Below, piece after piece: positions 1 to 8,336 of a DNA stretch of 64,000 bases (the stretch's first letter is position 1; every line of letters begins with the position of its first letter). Origin of the DNA: Chloroflexota bacterium (GTDB lineage: Bacteria > Chloroflexota > Dehalococcoidia > Lucifugimonadales > JADFKI01); contig JAQBUT010000002.1 of assembly GCA_027623195.1 (NCBI GenBank), forward strand, positions 96,001 to 160,000. The letters run 5' to 3'. A model generated the notes under the pieces. The model saw only the letters and a program-made list of their open reading frames with translations, ran no database searches and had not been told where the DNA came from. A program made the translations under genes and the position numbers.

Positions 1-1
1 C

Positions 2-1321
2 CTTACCTTGCCGAAGGGTACCCCAGAGCTAGAAAAGGTCCCAACGAAGGAGTCCGTTGGGTTGACGGCCCTGGTGATAACAGGGGATGGGTTCGAAAGT
101 AGTTCTCTTGAGCAAATTTTGTCTGCAAATGGCGTAGCTGTAACGATTGTGAATGATGCCCAAGAAGCCCTGGTTAATTTCGATGATGAAAATATCCCCG
201 GTCAGCCCTTCGGATTCTTAATTGTGGACGGCGATATGCCTGGAACCGACGGCGAAGATTTTTCGAGGGGCTTAAGGGAACGAGTAGACAGTTCTGGTGT
301 CCCCGTTATTATGCTCTCGTCACCTCATGATAGAGAGGAACATCAGGGTAGGCCTTATGCCGACATGGTGTCTTTCGTTGACAAGCCTGTAACGGATTCT
401 GCCTTGGCTGAGGCGATTCGCCACGAAAAGGAAGGCCAAACCGATATCGATGACGTACCTGCGGACTTCTCGGCTCCCGAGGCGCCGACACCTGCAGTGG
501 ATGTTCCTAAGAATCGTCGTCCGTCTAGATCGCTCCACGTGCTTCTGGTAGAAGACAACGAGGTGAACCAGGTCCTGGCAGCTCGGGTGTTGGAAAAGCA
601 GGGACATACCTTGGCTTTGGCTAAGCACGGCGAAGAGGCGCTTGCTCTGCTGGAAGAATCTACGTTTGACCTGGTGTTAATGGACGTGCAAATGCCGGTC
701 ATGGACGGGTTGGAAACGACAAGGCTGATCCGCGACCGGGAGACGGAGACTGGGGAACATCTGCCCATAATAGCTATGACTGCCAACGCCATGAAGGGCG
801 ATAGGGAGAAGTGCCTGGAGGCGGGCATGGATGATTACGTATCCAAGCCACTGCTCACCCAAGTCTTATTTGAGGCCATGGCCAATGTCCTGGAAAATAA
901 GACCTCATCTTCAGCGTTTGTGGAGTCGGACAGTGGCGCGGCAGACCTTACGGCGAACCAAAAATCTGCAATGGACCTGGACGCAGCGCTTAAACGCCTT
1001 GGCGGCAGCCCCAAGCTATTCCTCGAACTGTCCGGCATGTTCGTAGATAAGTGCCCCGCATATTCGCGAGACCTGCGAGCGTCCCTTCTAGGGGAGAACG
1101 TTGAGGAGTTCACCAGGCATGCACATTCGCTGAAGGGTGTCCTCGGATTCTTCGTGGCCGATTCGGCGTTCGACATGTCGTTGCAACTGGAAATGCTTGG
1201 TAGGTCAGGCGATCTGACTACGGCCGAACCCATTCTCGTTCAGCTCGAGTCCGAGTTACGTCGTATCTGTGAAGAGATCGAAGAGGCTCGACTGGCCCTC
1301 AGCGCCGGACTTCCCTCTTAG
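2..1321 (+). CDS. Hybrid sensor histidine kinase, C-terminal part (REC-REC-HPt), 5' truncated by the window edge
   Basis: Two receiver domains (LIVDGDMP; LLVEDN...LVLMDVQMP...YVSKP) and an HPt motif (HAHSLKG). The frame is open back to the window start. Confidence 0.85.
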   Translation, partial: LTLPKGTPELEKVPTKESVGLTALVITGDGFESSSLEQILSANGVAVTIVNDAQEALVNFDDENIPGQPFGFLIVDGDMPGTDGEDFSRGLRERVDSSGVPVIMLSSPHDREEHQGRPYADMVSFVDKPVTDSALAEAIRHEKEGQTDIDDVPADFSAPEAPTPAVDVPKNRRPSRSLHVLLVEDNEVNQVLAARVLEKQGHTLALAKHGEEALALLEESTFDLVLMDVQMPVMDGLETTRLIRDRETETGEHLPIIAMTANAMKGDREKCLEAGMDDYVSKPLLTQVLFEAMANVLENKTSSSAFVESDSGAADLTANQKSAMDLDAALKRLGGSPKLFLELSGMFVDKCPAYSRDLRASLLGENVEEFTRHAHSLKGVLGFFVADSAFDMSLQLEMLGRSGDLTTAEPILVQLESELRRICEEIEEARLALSAGLPS

Positions 1322-1394
1322 CCAGCCACAACTCAGTTTCGAGTCCTTGCTTTTAACGACGTAGCCCATCCATTAGTCCGGGATACGGCGCACC

Positions 1395-1745
1395 TCAGTC
1401 GGGGAACACCTCGGCCATTGCTTTCTTGTCCGTGCCCACCACTACTCGATTACCGACCTTTATCAGCGGCCTGCGAACGAGTCGTGGCTCCTCAAGCATC
1501 AAGCGAATTAGATCGTCTTCGGAAAGCTCGTCTGGCTTGAGTTCCATCTTCTTTACAGAGGGGCTTCGGTACGAGAATATTGCCGACGCGGGTGTGTCGC
1601 CCAGCAATTCCCGCAACTCCTGTTCTGTGAACTGGTCCTGAAAGAAGTCCCTCTCGTCCAGCTCAACACCACCTTGTGAAAGCGACGCCTTCACCTTCTT
1701 GCAAGTGCTTCAGCGGGTCCAGGTGTAATATTTTGCAGTGGTCAA
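1395..1745 (-). CDS. ArsC/Spx-family redox protein, predicted selenoprotein (UxxC)
   Basis: GGAGG RBS at 1751-1755 and TTG start at 1745 give MTTAKYYTWTR-TGA-STCKKVKA. The TGA (1710-1712) sits at the first Cys of the family CxxC motif. C-terminal EEPRLVRRP motif. ORF track calls only 1395-1694. Confidence 0.85.
1676..1694 (-). promoter_or_regulatory. Putative bacterial SECIS hairpin
   Basis: GUGAAGGC-GUC-GCUUUCAC stem-loop starting 15 nt after the in-frame UGA, with G first in the apical loop. Confidence 0.6.
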
Positions 1746-1771
1746 TTCGGCCTCCAAAATTGGTGGTCTGC

Positions 1772-1888
1772 TTATCGGGGCTTGGGGGGAGGTGGCGGCG
1801 GAATATCCTTTTTTATCACAGGACCTGTTGGCGGCGGATCCTTCTGAGGCTTGGCCATCAATGCGTTTGCGTTTAGTTCATTCAGCAT
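1772..1888 (-). CDS. Proline-rich small ORF, 38 aa (28 aa from the ATG at 1858)
   Basis: MLNELNANALMAKPQKDPPPTGPVIKKDIPPPPPPKPR*. GGGAGG upstream; overlaps the stop of the upstream frame. Confidence 0.4.
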   Translation of the reverse strand: MLNELNANALMAKPQKDPPPTGPVIKKDIPPPPPPKPR

Positions 1889-2457
1889 CGTCTAATTCTT
1901 CCTCCCGCGAACTTACCAGATTCGAGAGATCATGAACAGTTCTAGCCTCCAGGCCTTTGGCACTATTGGACTGATAGTAGGATATCACTTGAATGGTCTC
2001 TGCTGGATCGGGAATGACCAATTTGGTAATGCAATTCCTCTGTGTCCGCTGGCTCGATGTCAAAACCATCACTCAGCGCAAGCGGACGCTCATCAATCAC
2101 TGGCCACATGTAATCTGGAGCGCTCTCTTCGACCGCAAATGCACGGTGCAACTGTGATAGCTCTTCATGCTCAATTGGTTTTATTAGAAGAATTCTAGTC
2201 CAACCGTGCGACGAGTCCAAAGACCAGACAACTCTACCCGTATTTGAGAATACCACACTCACGAATACGTGGACTGTATTGGCGGTTAGCCGTCGGTGGG
2301 AAATTCGGTGAGTTATGCTGACCCGTGGTACAGATTCTCTAAATATGCCGAAACGGTAGATTGCCCATATGCCAACGCTCAAAACCGCGACGACCTGAAC
2401 GAATTTCAGCACAGCGTCGATAAATAAGTTGACATTCTCTAGCGTGATCTCAGTCAA
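1878..2457 (-). pseudogene. Hypothetical single-TM protein, apparently frameshifted near 2022
   Basis: Removing one A from the run at 2022-2024 joins ORF 1963-2457 (...EELHYQ) to ORF 1878-2072 (LVIPDPAETIQVISYY...), giving about 192 aa. Confidence 0.5.
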
Positions 2458-2482
2458 AGTGGCTGCTTCACTCCGATACCGG

Positions 2483-3781
2483 CTAGTCCCATTCCTCTAC
2501 GCGTATGAGGTTGCCGATAGAGTTTACAACGTCAAGTTCGCTGATCAATCGAAGCGCTTCTTGCAGGGAAGACTCCTTGGCCCGATGCGTCATCAGCACT
2601 ATCTCAGCCCGTTGCGCCTCGTCGTCGGTCTCCTTCTGTATGGCGGACGCGATGCTGATGTCCAGTTCGCCTAGCACGCCGAGTATCTGCGCAAATACGC
2701 CGGGTCGCTCTGCGACGTTCAGCCTCATGTAGTATTTGGTCTCCAACTCGCTCATGGGCTTGATGCGAATTTCGTCCGAAAGCTTTAAAAGAGGGGGAGC
2801 GATAACGTTGCCAACGACGTTTCGAGCTATGCCCACCATGTCGGCGAGCACAGCGCTGGTGGTCGGCATGTCCCCTGCCCCGCGACCGTGAAACAGCACC
2901 CTTCCGGCCAGGTCAGTCTGTACCTCAACCGCGTTCAATACTCCATCCACTTTGGCGATCATTACGTCTTTCGGCACCAGCGCAGGGTGTACCCTAACCT
3001 GCACTGCGCCATTGTCTTTGCTGGCGATGGCGAGGAGCTTTATGGCGTAGCCCAACTCCTTGGCGTACTGGAAATCTTGCGCCGTCAATTTCGTTATGCC
3101 CTCGCTGTAGACGTCCACATCCTTTACCCTGGCCCGAAAGCCCAACGTCGACAGGATAGCCAGTTTGTATGCCGCGTCAATCCCTTCCACGTCATTAGTC
3201 GGGTCCGACTCGGCGTAGCCCAAGGCCTGCGCCTCTTTCAATACTTCTCCGAAGTCCGAACCCTCCTGGGACATCTTCGTCAGGATGTAGTTCGTGGTGC
3301 CGTTGATAATGCCATGAATTGTGAGAACCTCGTTTGCCACCAGGTCTCGCAAGAGCGGCGCGATGATGGGCGTGCCTCCTGCGACGCTGGCCTCAAAAAG
3401 AACCTGAACACCCTTCTCCGTGGCCTGCGTCAAAATATCCGGACCGTGCTTGGCCATGACCTCTTTGTTCGCGGTGACCACGTGTTTGCCTAGGGAAATG
3501 GCCTTCAGTATGTATTCTAGAGCCGGATCCTCGCCGCCCATTAGTTCAACAATGATGTCGACTTTTGGATTCTCGAGAACGTCTTGCGCGTTTGTAGTAA
3601 GCAGTGCGGCAGGGGCGTCGAAAGATCGGGCCCGCGCGATATCGCGCACCAGTATGCCTTCGACAGTGACGGGCGCGCCAACCAGGTGTTGGATTTGATG
3701 TCCTTTTTCCGCCAGGACCCTGGCTACGCCGCCACCGACTACACCCATTCCCAAAAGACCGATTCCGACCAATTCCTTCAT
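2483..3781 (-). CDS. hom: Homoserine dehydrogenase with C-terminal ACT domain
   Basis: GLLGMGVVG, VVTANK, FEASVAGG, GIINGTTNYIL and GYAESDPTNDVEG motifs. Confidence 0.95.
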   Translation of the reverse strand: MKELVGIGLLGMGVVGGGVARVLAEKGHQIQHLVGAPVTVEGILVRDIARARSFDAPAALLTTNAQDVLENPKVDIIVELMGGEDPALEYILKAISLGKHVVTANKEVMAKHGPDILTQATEKGVQVLFEASVAGGTPIIAPLLRDLVANEVLTIHGIINGTTNYILTKMSQEGSDFGEVLKEAQALGYAESDPTNDVEGIDAAYKLAILSTLGFRARVKDVDVYSEGITKLTAQDFQYAKELGYAIKLLAIASKDNGAVQVRVHPALVPKDVMIAKVDGVLNAVEVQTDLAGRVLFHGRGAGDMPTTSAVLADMVGIARNVVGNVIAPPLLKLSDEIRIKPMSELETKYYMRLNVAERPGVFAQILGVLGELDISIASAIQKETDDEAQRAEIVLMTHRAKESSLQEALRLISELDVVNSIGNLIRVEEWD

Positions 3782-3833
3782 GACATGTCCTATCTGTTTA
3801 ACTGAAGCGTCCTTTTCATTACCCTACGCATTA

Positions 3834-3867
3834 AGAGGGGCGGCCCTCCGTGGCGGGCCGCCCCTCT
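3834..3867. terminator. GC-rich hairpin downstream of the rpsF-ssb-rpsR-foldase run
   Basis: AGAGGGGCGGCCC-N8-GGGCCGCCCCTCT perfect 13-bp stem; weak U tail. Confidence 0.55.
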
Positions 3868-3908
3868 ATCGTATCCCTATTCGATTGTAATGTTAACACT
3901 CTATGGAG

Positions 3909-5102
3909 TTACGGCGCTGAAATCAAACCCTGATCCTTGAACAGTTGCTGGTACGGATCATCCGGCACAGGTGTCGGCAAAATGCTGGTGGAGATTCCTA
4001 GTTGTTCTATAATCCAGGCGTAAATTTCGGAATTGAACACGGCGTAAACCTCGTGGTCTCGCCGGTGTTCGTTGATCCAATCATCCAAAGCGTTGTTCCT
4101 TAAAGTTTCCACATGGCCGGGGTGGACATCGCGGAGTTCATCTACTTCAGAGACCATGAAAATGAGTGTGTCATTTTGCACGTCGCGATTCCGAACGGGG
4201 TCTGAAAGTCTCCCCATCTCTAATGTGGCTATGACATCGTCGTAATCTTTGATGATGCCCAGGGGGAGCCATCCCAGGTCTCCTCCGATACGGAGGCTCT
4301 CTGCCGGCTCACGAGAGAACTCCCTGGTTATGTTTTTGAAAGCCTCCGCTAGAATTTGGGGATCGGTGTTGGTTCGCACCATGTCCTGATACTTGGTGCG
4401 CATAACGTCTGCCTCGTCTCCAGACTGAAGAGTCAGTCGATAGACATGGTACTGCTTGGCCACAAGGGGGACGCTCTCGCCTACGAATATCCTTACCTTT
4501 TGACGAAGTATGATTCGCCGGACGATGTCGCGGTGCTCTTTCTCGTTGATCTGGCTTTCGTTCAGAAAGCGGCCATACTGCTCGTCGAACTCCCTTTCGA
4601 GCTGGTCTGGGGATTTGCCGAAAGGGTCAACTCCAGATGAGAGCGTGATGGAGAAATTGATCTGAGCATCAACCTCCTCTTCGGACACAGTAATGCCGAG
4701 GGAAGGGGCGGTCTGGGCTATAATCTCATTTTCCACGATTAGCTGGAGCGCCTGAAAAACATCTGTACTGTTGTCCAGCCGTTCGCCAGTCTGTTCCAGA
4801 GACCTTTGTCGCACTCTGAGAATCTTGACCATGTCTCCGCGTGAGTATTCAATGTCGTTAACTCGCACGACGAGCTGTTGCGGAGGCCTTACGAATATGA
4901 TGACGTAGCCAGCCAACAGGATCCCGACAATGACCAACATCAGAGCGCCGATGATAGCGAACGCGTATCGCCTTCGGCGTTTCAGTTGCTGTATGCGGAC
5001 GACCTCGGAACGGCGATCTGGCCGCGCCGGGTTCGGCTGCGTCATGCTCGGCTGTTGGCTAGGTTCCTGCCCAGATGGTAATCCCTGCGCATCATCAACC
5101 AC
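3909..5102 (-). CDS. Membrane-anchored SurA/PrsA-like foldase (parvulin-type PPIase domain)
   Basis: Basic stretch plus N-terminal TM helix, SurA-like VSEEEVDAQI and parvulin GGDLGW motif. Confidence 0.7.
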   Translation of the reverse strand: MVDDAQGLPSGQEPSQQPSMTQPNPARPDRRSEVVRIQQLKRRRRYAFAIIGALMLVIVGILLAGYVIIFVRPPQQLVVRVNDIEYSRGDMVKILRVRQRSLEQTGERLDNSTDVFQALQLIVENEIIAQTAPSLGITVSEEEVDAQINFSITLSSGVDPFGKSPDQLEREFDEQYGRFLNESQINEKEHRDIVRRIILRQKVRIFVGESVPLVAKQYHVYRLTLQSGDEADVMRTKYQDMVRTNTDPQILAEAFKNITREFSREPAESLRIGGDLGWLPLGIIKDYDDVIATLEMGRLSDPVRNRDVQNDTLIFMVSEVDELRDVHPGHVETLRNNALDDWINEHRRDHEVYAVFNSEIYAWIIEQLGISTSILPTPVPDDPYQQLFKDQGLISAP

Positions 5103-5132
5103 TAAACAATCCCCTTGCTAAGGTGTTTGGCC

Positions 5133-5426
5133 TTAACCGGCGAATCCGCCACCGGGGAGGCGATGGTCAGGGCTGAAGGGAATCATGGCGAGAAGCCGCG
5201 CCCTCTTGATGGCTGTGGAAAGCCCTCGCTGGTGTTTGGAGCAGACGCCAGTCTTTCTTCGTGCCTCGATCTTGTACCTGTCGGACAAGAAACGCCTCAG
5301 GCGGTCAACCTGTTTGTAGTCGACCTCCTTGATATGATCCACACAGAATGTGCATACCTTGCGTCGCGCGTAAAACCTTGGTCGGCCTCGCCTGTGAGGG
5401 GGGCCGGCGGAACGTTGCTGTGTCAT
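5133..5426 (-). CDS. rpsR: 30S ribosomal protein S18
   Basis: RRKVCTFC...VDYK...RRKTGVCSKHQR...AIKRAR; canonical rpsF-ssb-rpsR order. Confidence 0.97.
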   Translation of the reverse strand: MTQQRSAGPPHRRGRPRFYARRKVCTFCVDHIKEVDYKQVDRLRRFLSDRYKIEARRKTGVCSKHQRGLSTAIKRARLLAMIPFSPDHRLPGGGFAG

Positions 5427-5532
5427 GCTCTTCCTCTGAAATGCTCCGATTTACTCTTTAATTGACTCATATTAACGCCTGACTCCGCAAGGCTGCGTGG
5501 GGGGTTAAATTGCCCGCCGCGCCAAGCCAGAG

Positions 5533-5961
5533 CTACCAGGGAAGGTCCTCGGCATCGCCCACTGCCATAGCAGGGTCCTCCTCGCCTTCAAATGCCGGTG
5601 TGCCCGAATCTTCGAACGATCCTGAAGAGGGTGTCCTGTCCAGGAATATAACGCGGTTGGCAATGATTTCGTTACGAAACCGTGATTGACCGTCCTGGCC
5701 AGTCCAGGTGTTGCTCTTGATCCTGCCCTCGACGTAGACCCTTCGGCCTTTCGCCAGGAACTGGTTGCACTGCTCAGCCAACTGATTCCACGCCACCACT
5801 GTGAACCATTCCGTTTCCTGCTTTCGCTCACCGTCCGACGCCGTGTAAGAACGGCCTGTCGCAAGCCTGAAGGAGGTCACTGGATTGCCGTTAGGCGTGT
5901 AACGCATCTCCGGATCCGTCCCAACGTTTCCAATGGCTATCATTTTGTTTAGCCCGACCAT
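5533..5961 (-). CDS. ssb: Single-stranded DNA-binding protein
   Basis: LNKMIAIGNVGTDPEMRYTPNG, ETEWF and an acidic tail ending EDLPW. Confidence 0.97.
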   Translation of the reverse strand: MVGLNKMIAIGNVGTDPEMRYTPNGNPVTSFRLATGRSYTASDGERKQETEWFTVVAWNQLAEQCNQFLAKGRRVYVEGRIKSNTWTGQDGQSRFRNEIIANRVIFLDRTPSSGSFEDSGTPAFEGEEDPAMAVGDAEDLPW

Positions 5962-6016
5962 GGATCATCTCCTTACGGGTGCGGATTATTGGCAATCCAA
6001 CTCTAATCGGCGGCTG

Positions 6017-6313
6017 TTACTTCTTAGTGACCAAGTGCCGGAGAATATCTTCGGACGTGGTCAAATTTCGGTTCAACTCCAAAACGTCCTTGGCGTCTAG
6101 CGAGAAGTGCGCCAGCACGTAAATGCCTTCTAGGAACTTATTGATCGGGTAGGCCATGCGGCGTAGGCCCCAGATATCGTGGTCCGCCAAGGTGCCGCCG
6201 TGTTCCGATATGTAACCGGAAACGCGCTCCATGATTGCTGCCACTTCTTCCTCGTTGGCCTGAGGCGTGAGGATCAGCACTATTTCGTAATCTCGCAAAC
6301 GTTGAGCTACCAA
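6017..6313 (-). CDS. rpsF: 30S ribosomal protein S6
   Basis: RDYEIVLIL, WGLRRMAYPI and ILRHLV motifs. Confidence 0.96.
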   Translation of the reverse strand: MVAQRLRDYEIVLILTPQANEEEVAAIMERVSGYISEHGGTLADHDIWGLRRMAYPINKFLEGIYVLAHFSLDAKDVLELNRNLTTSEDILRHLVTKK

Positions 6314-6428
6314 AGTCGACTCCCAATTCTTTTAAAGCCAATAGCAATAGCCGCTCCACACGTGGCTATCCGAAGAGTATACGTCAGGAACGGCAGTTAG
6401 TACTAATGCTGCCAAATTTACCCAGAAA

Positions 6429-6458
6429 ATTATATCACGCTCGTTTGCATCTCTACAA
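6429..6458 (-). promoter_or_regulatory. Sigma70-type promoter for the rpsF operon
   Basis: TTGTAG-N18-TATAAT with extended -10 (TGn). Confidence 0.55.
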
Positions 6459-6758
6459 TGAAATCGGGCCGCTCGTTTTCGATTCATGCCTTTTTAAATT
6501 GGCGGCGCCGTGAATCGAAGGGGCAACGGCCCGTACATTTGCTGCGCAATCGACCGGGGGGGCCTTAGGGCATTGCACAGTTCATGGTGATGGTTCATAA
6601 AATAAGGGCAGGTCGATTTGGGGAAAAAGGAAGAGAAGCCATTCCCAAATTGTTGATACACGGGTATTTCCCCTATTTCCCCAAGGGTAGCGTCCCGATA
6701 GGGCTTCTAAGTAAACCCAATTCATGTCATTAGGTGGTTACTTTACCCCCAAGGCTGT

Positions 6759-6788
6759 TTGACAGAATGCGGGTCGGCCAACTAGTAT
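6759..6788 (+). promoter_or_regulatory. Sigma70-type promoter upstream of the panD-like/methyltransferase operon
   Basis: TTGACA-N18-TAGTAT. Confidence 0.5.
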
Positions 6789-6877
6789 GGAGAAAATTCG
6801 GTTGGCCCGTAAAGGCCGAACCAATTGTTTGCGAAACTTACGTTATGCCGATTGGGATACATATGAATAGAGATAAG

Positions 6878-6921
6878 ATTTCCTGAATGGCGGCTCGCAT
6901 GGGCACCGCCATTCAGGAAAT
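6878..6921. repeat. Perfect 16-bp inverted repeat in the putative leader
   Basis: ATTTCCTGAATGGCGG-N12-CCGCCATTCAGGAAAT. Confidence 0.85.
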
Positions 6922-7137
6922 AACTTCACATTGCGCCCGCAACCGCCCCCTTCCCTGCGAGCCCTAACCTACTTCACTGCACTTACCGGACTGCTGGGCG
7001 TTACCCCGCCTGCGCACTAGACTATGTCTTTCTCCTTTTAAATCTGGCGTTATTTGCTGTGAAAAGCGTGCGCCTTCGTCGGTATATTCGTCTTCAATCC
7101 ATATCAACAAATCGAGCAAAAATTAATTGGGAGAATC

Positions 7138-7515
7138 ATGATGCGAACAGTTCTACGATCTAAGATTCATCGAGCCTTCGTTACGCACTGCAACGAGGAC
7201 TACATTGGTAGCATCCTCATCGATAAGGACCTGATGGAGAGGGTAAACCTTTGGGAGTATGAAAAGGTTCTGATATGCGATGTAACCAATGGCAACAGGT
7301 TCGAGACCTATGCCATTCCAGGTGAAGCCGGCTCTGGAGTCGTATCCGTGCAAGGTGCGGCTGCCAAGCTGGTAGACCAAGGCGATTGCATCATCATTAT
7401 GTCATTTGACCTTACCGACGAGCCCATTGAGCCGCAGATGATACTGGTAAACGAGCAGAACGAGTTCGTCGAATATCTCGGAGAGGCGCACTATGCTAAG
7501 CAAAAGGTTCACTGA
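7138..7515 (+). CDS. panD: Pyruvoyl-dependent aspartate 1-decarboxylase family protein
   Basis: K9, H11, Y22, G24-S25 self-cleavage site, R54, T57 and Y58 at E. coli PanD numbering; N72 is Q. Confidence 0.85.
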   Translation: MMRTVLRSKIHRAFVTHCNEDYIGSILIDKDLMERVNLWEYEKVLICDVTNGNRFETYAIPGEAGSGVVSVQGAAAKLVDQGDCIIIMSFDLTDEPIEPQMILVNEQNEFVEYLGEAHYAKQKVH

Positions 7516-8314
7516 GCAAGACACCGAAAGTTACTACGACAGCCAGGACTCGATCTACAGCTCCTTTTGGGACCCTGACGGTAGCGTACATTGGGGTTAT
7601 TTCGGCGAGTCCACTGGGCACGACTTTCTAAAGGCGTGCGCCAATTTGGATTCACTTATGTCGCGCTTGGGACAGATTGGTCCTGACTCAAAAGTCTTGG
7701 ACCTTGGCTGCGGCAACGGGACCACAGCACTGAGTCTGCATGAGGCTTTCAAATGCGAGGTTGTTGGAGTTGACCTCAGTGGCGTTCGTATCGACAACGC
7801 CCGGAAAGCCCTGTTAGAGCAGTCGCCCGAAGTACAAGCGCGTGTATCGTTCGAGAAGGCCTCCGCCATTGACCTCCCCTTCGAGGATGGCGCTTTCACT
7901 CACGTGTGGAGCCAGGCGGTACTCTACCATGTTCACGATCAGGAAACGGCCCTGAAAGAGGCGTACCGCGTGCTCAAACAAGGCGGTACCCTGATTTTTG
8001 ATGATCTACTCAAGCCAAAGCCTGACGTAAGCGAACTGGCCAAAAAGCATGTCTATGAGCGGCTTTATTTCGACACTGAGTATAGCTTCGAGACATACCA
8101 GAGAGCTCTGGAGCGTGTTGGCTTCACCATCTCGGAGGCTCGGGACCTGTCAGAACACTTGAAGATGAGCTACTGGTGCCTCTCCATCATGACCCATAGT
8201 CGGGGGGGCGAGCACGCTGACCATTATGAGGAGCTGTCGCACTCTTACGAGCAGACCGCCCAGGCAGTGGTGAATAGAGAGCTTGGCTGGGGACTGTTCC
8301 TCTGCCAAAAGTGA
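7493..8314 (+). CDS. Class I SAM methyltransferase (sarcosine/dimethylglycine MT-like or DsyG-like)
   Basis: YYD...FWD...VHWGYF, VLDLGCGNG, LPFEDGAFTHVWSQ, RVLKQGG and terminal LGWGLF. Overlaps panD by 23 nt. Confidence 0.85.
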   Translation: MLSKRFTEQDTESYYDSQDSIYSSFWDPDGSVHWGYFGESTGHDFLKACANLDSLMSRLGQIGPDSKVLDLGCGNGTTALSLHEAFKCEVVGVDLSGVRIDNARKALLEQSPEVQARVSFEKASAIDLPFEDGAFTHVWSQAVLYHVHDQETALKEAYRVLKQGGTLIFDDLLKPKPDVSELAKKHVYERLYFDTEYSFETYQRALERVGFTISEARDLSEHLKMSYWCLSIMTHSRGGEHADHYEELSHSYEQTAQAVVNRELGWGLFLCQK

Positions 8315-8336
8315 TCAATCCGCGGGAGACCAGAGC

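Noticed and set aside
6787..6870. 27-codon ORF MEKIRLARKGRTNCLRNLRYADWDTYE as a leader peptide
   Set aside because: Its ATG overlaps the predicted -10 box, there is no RBS and no regulatory codon run.
6790..7137. SAM or other known riboswitch upstream of the methyltransferase operon
   Set aside because: I could not find the conserved cores of SAM-I, SAM-II or other common riboswitches by eye.
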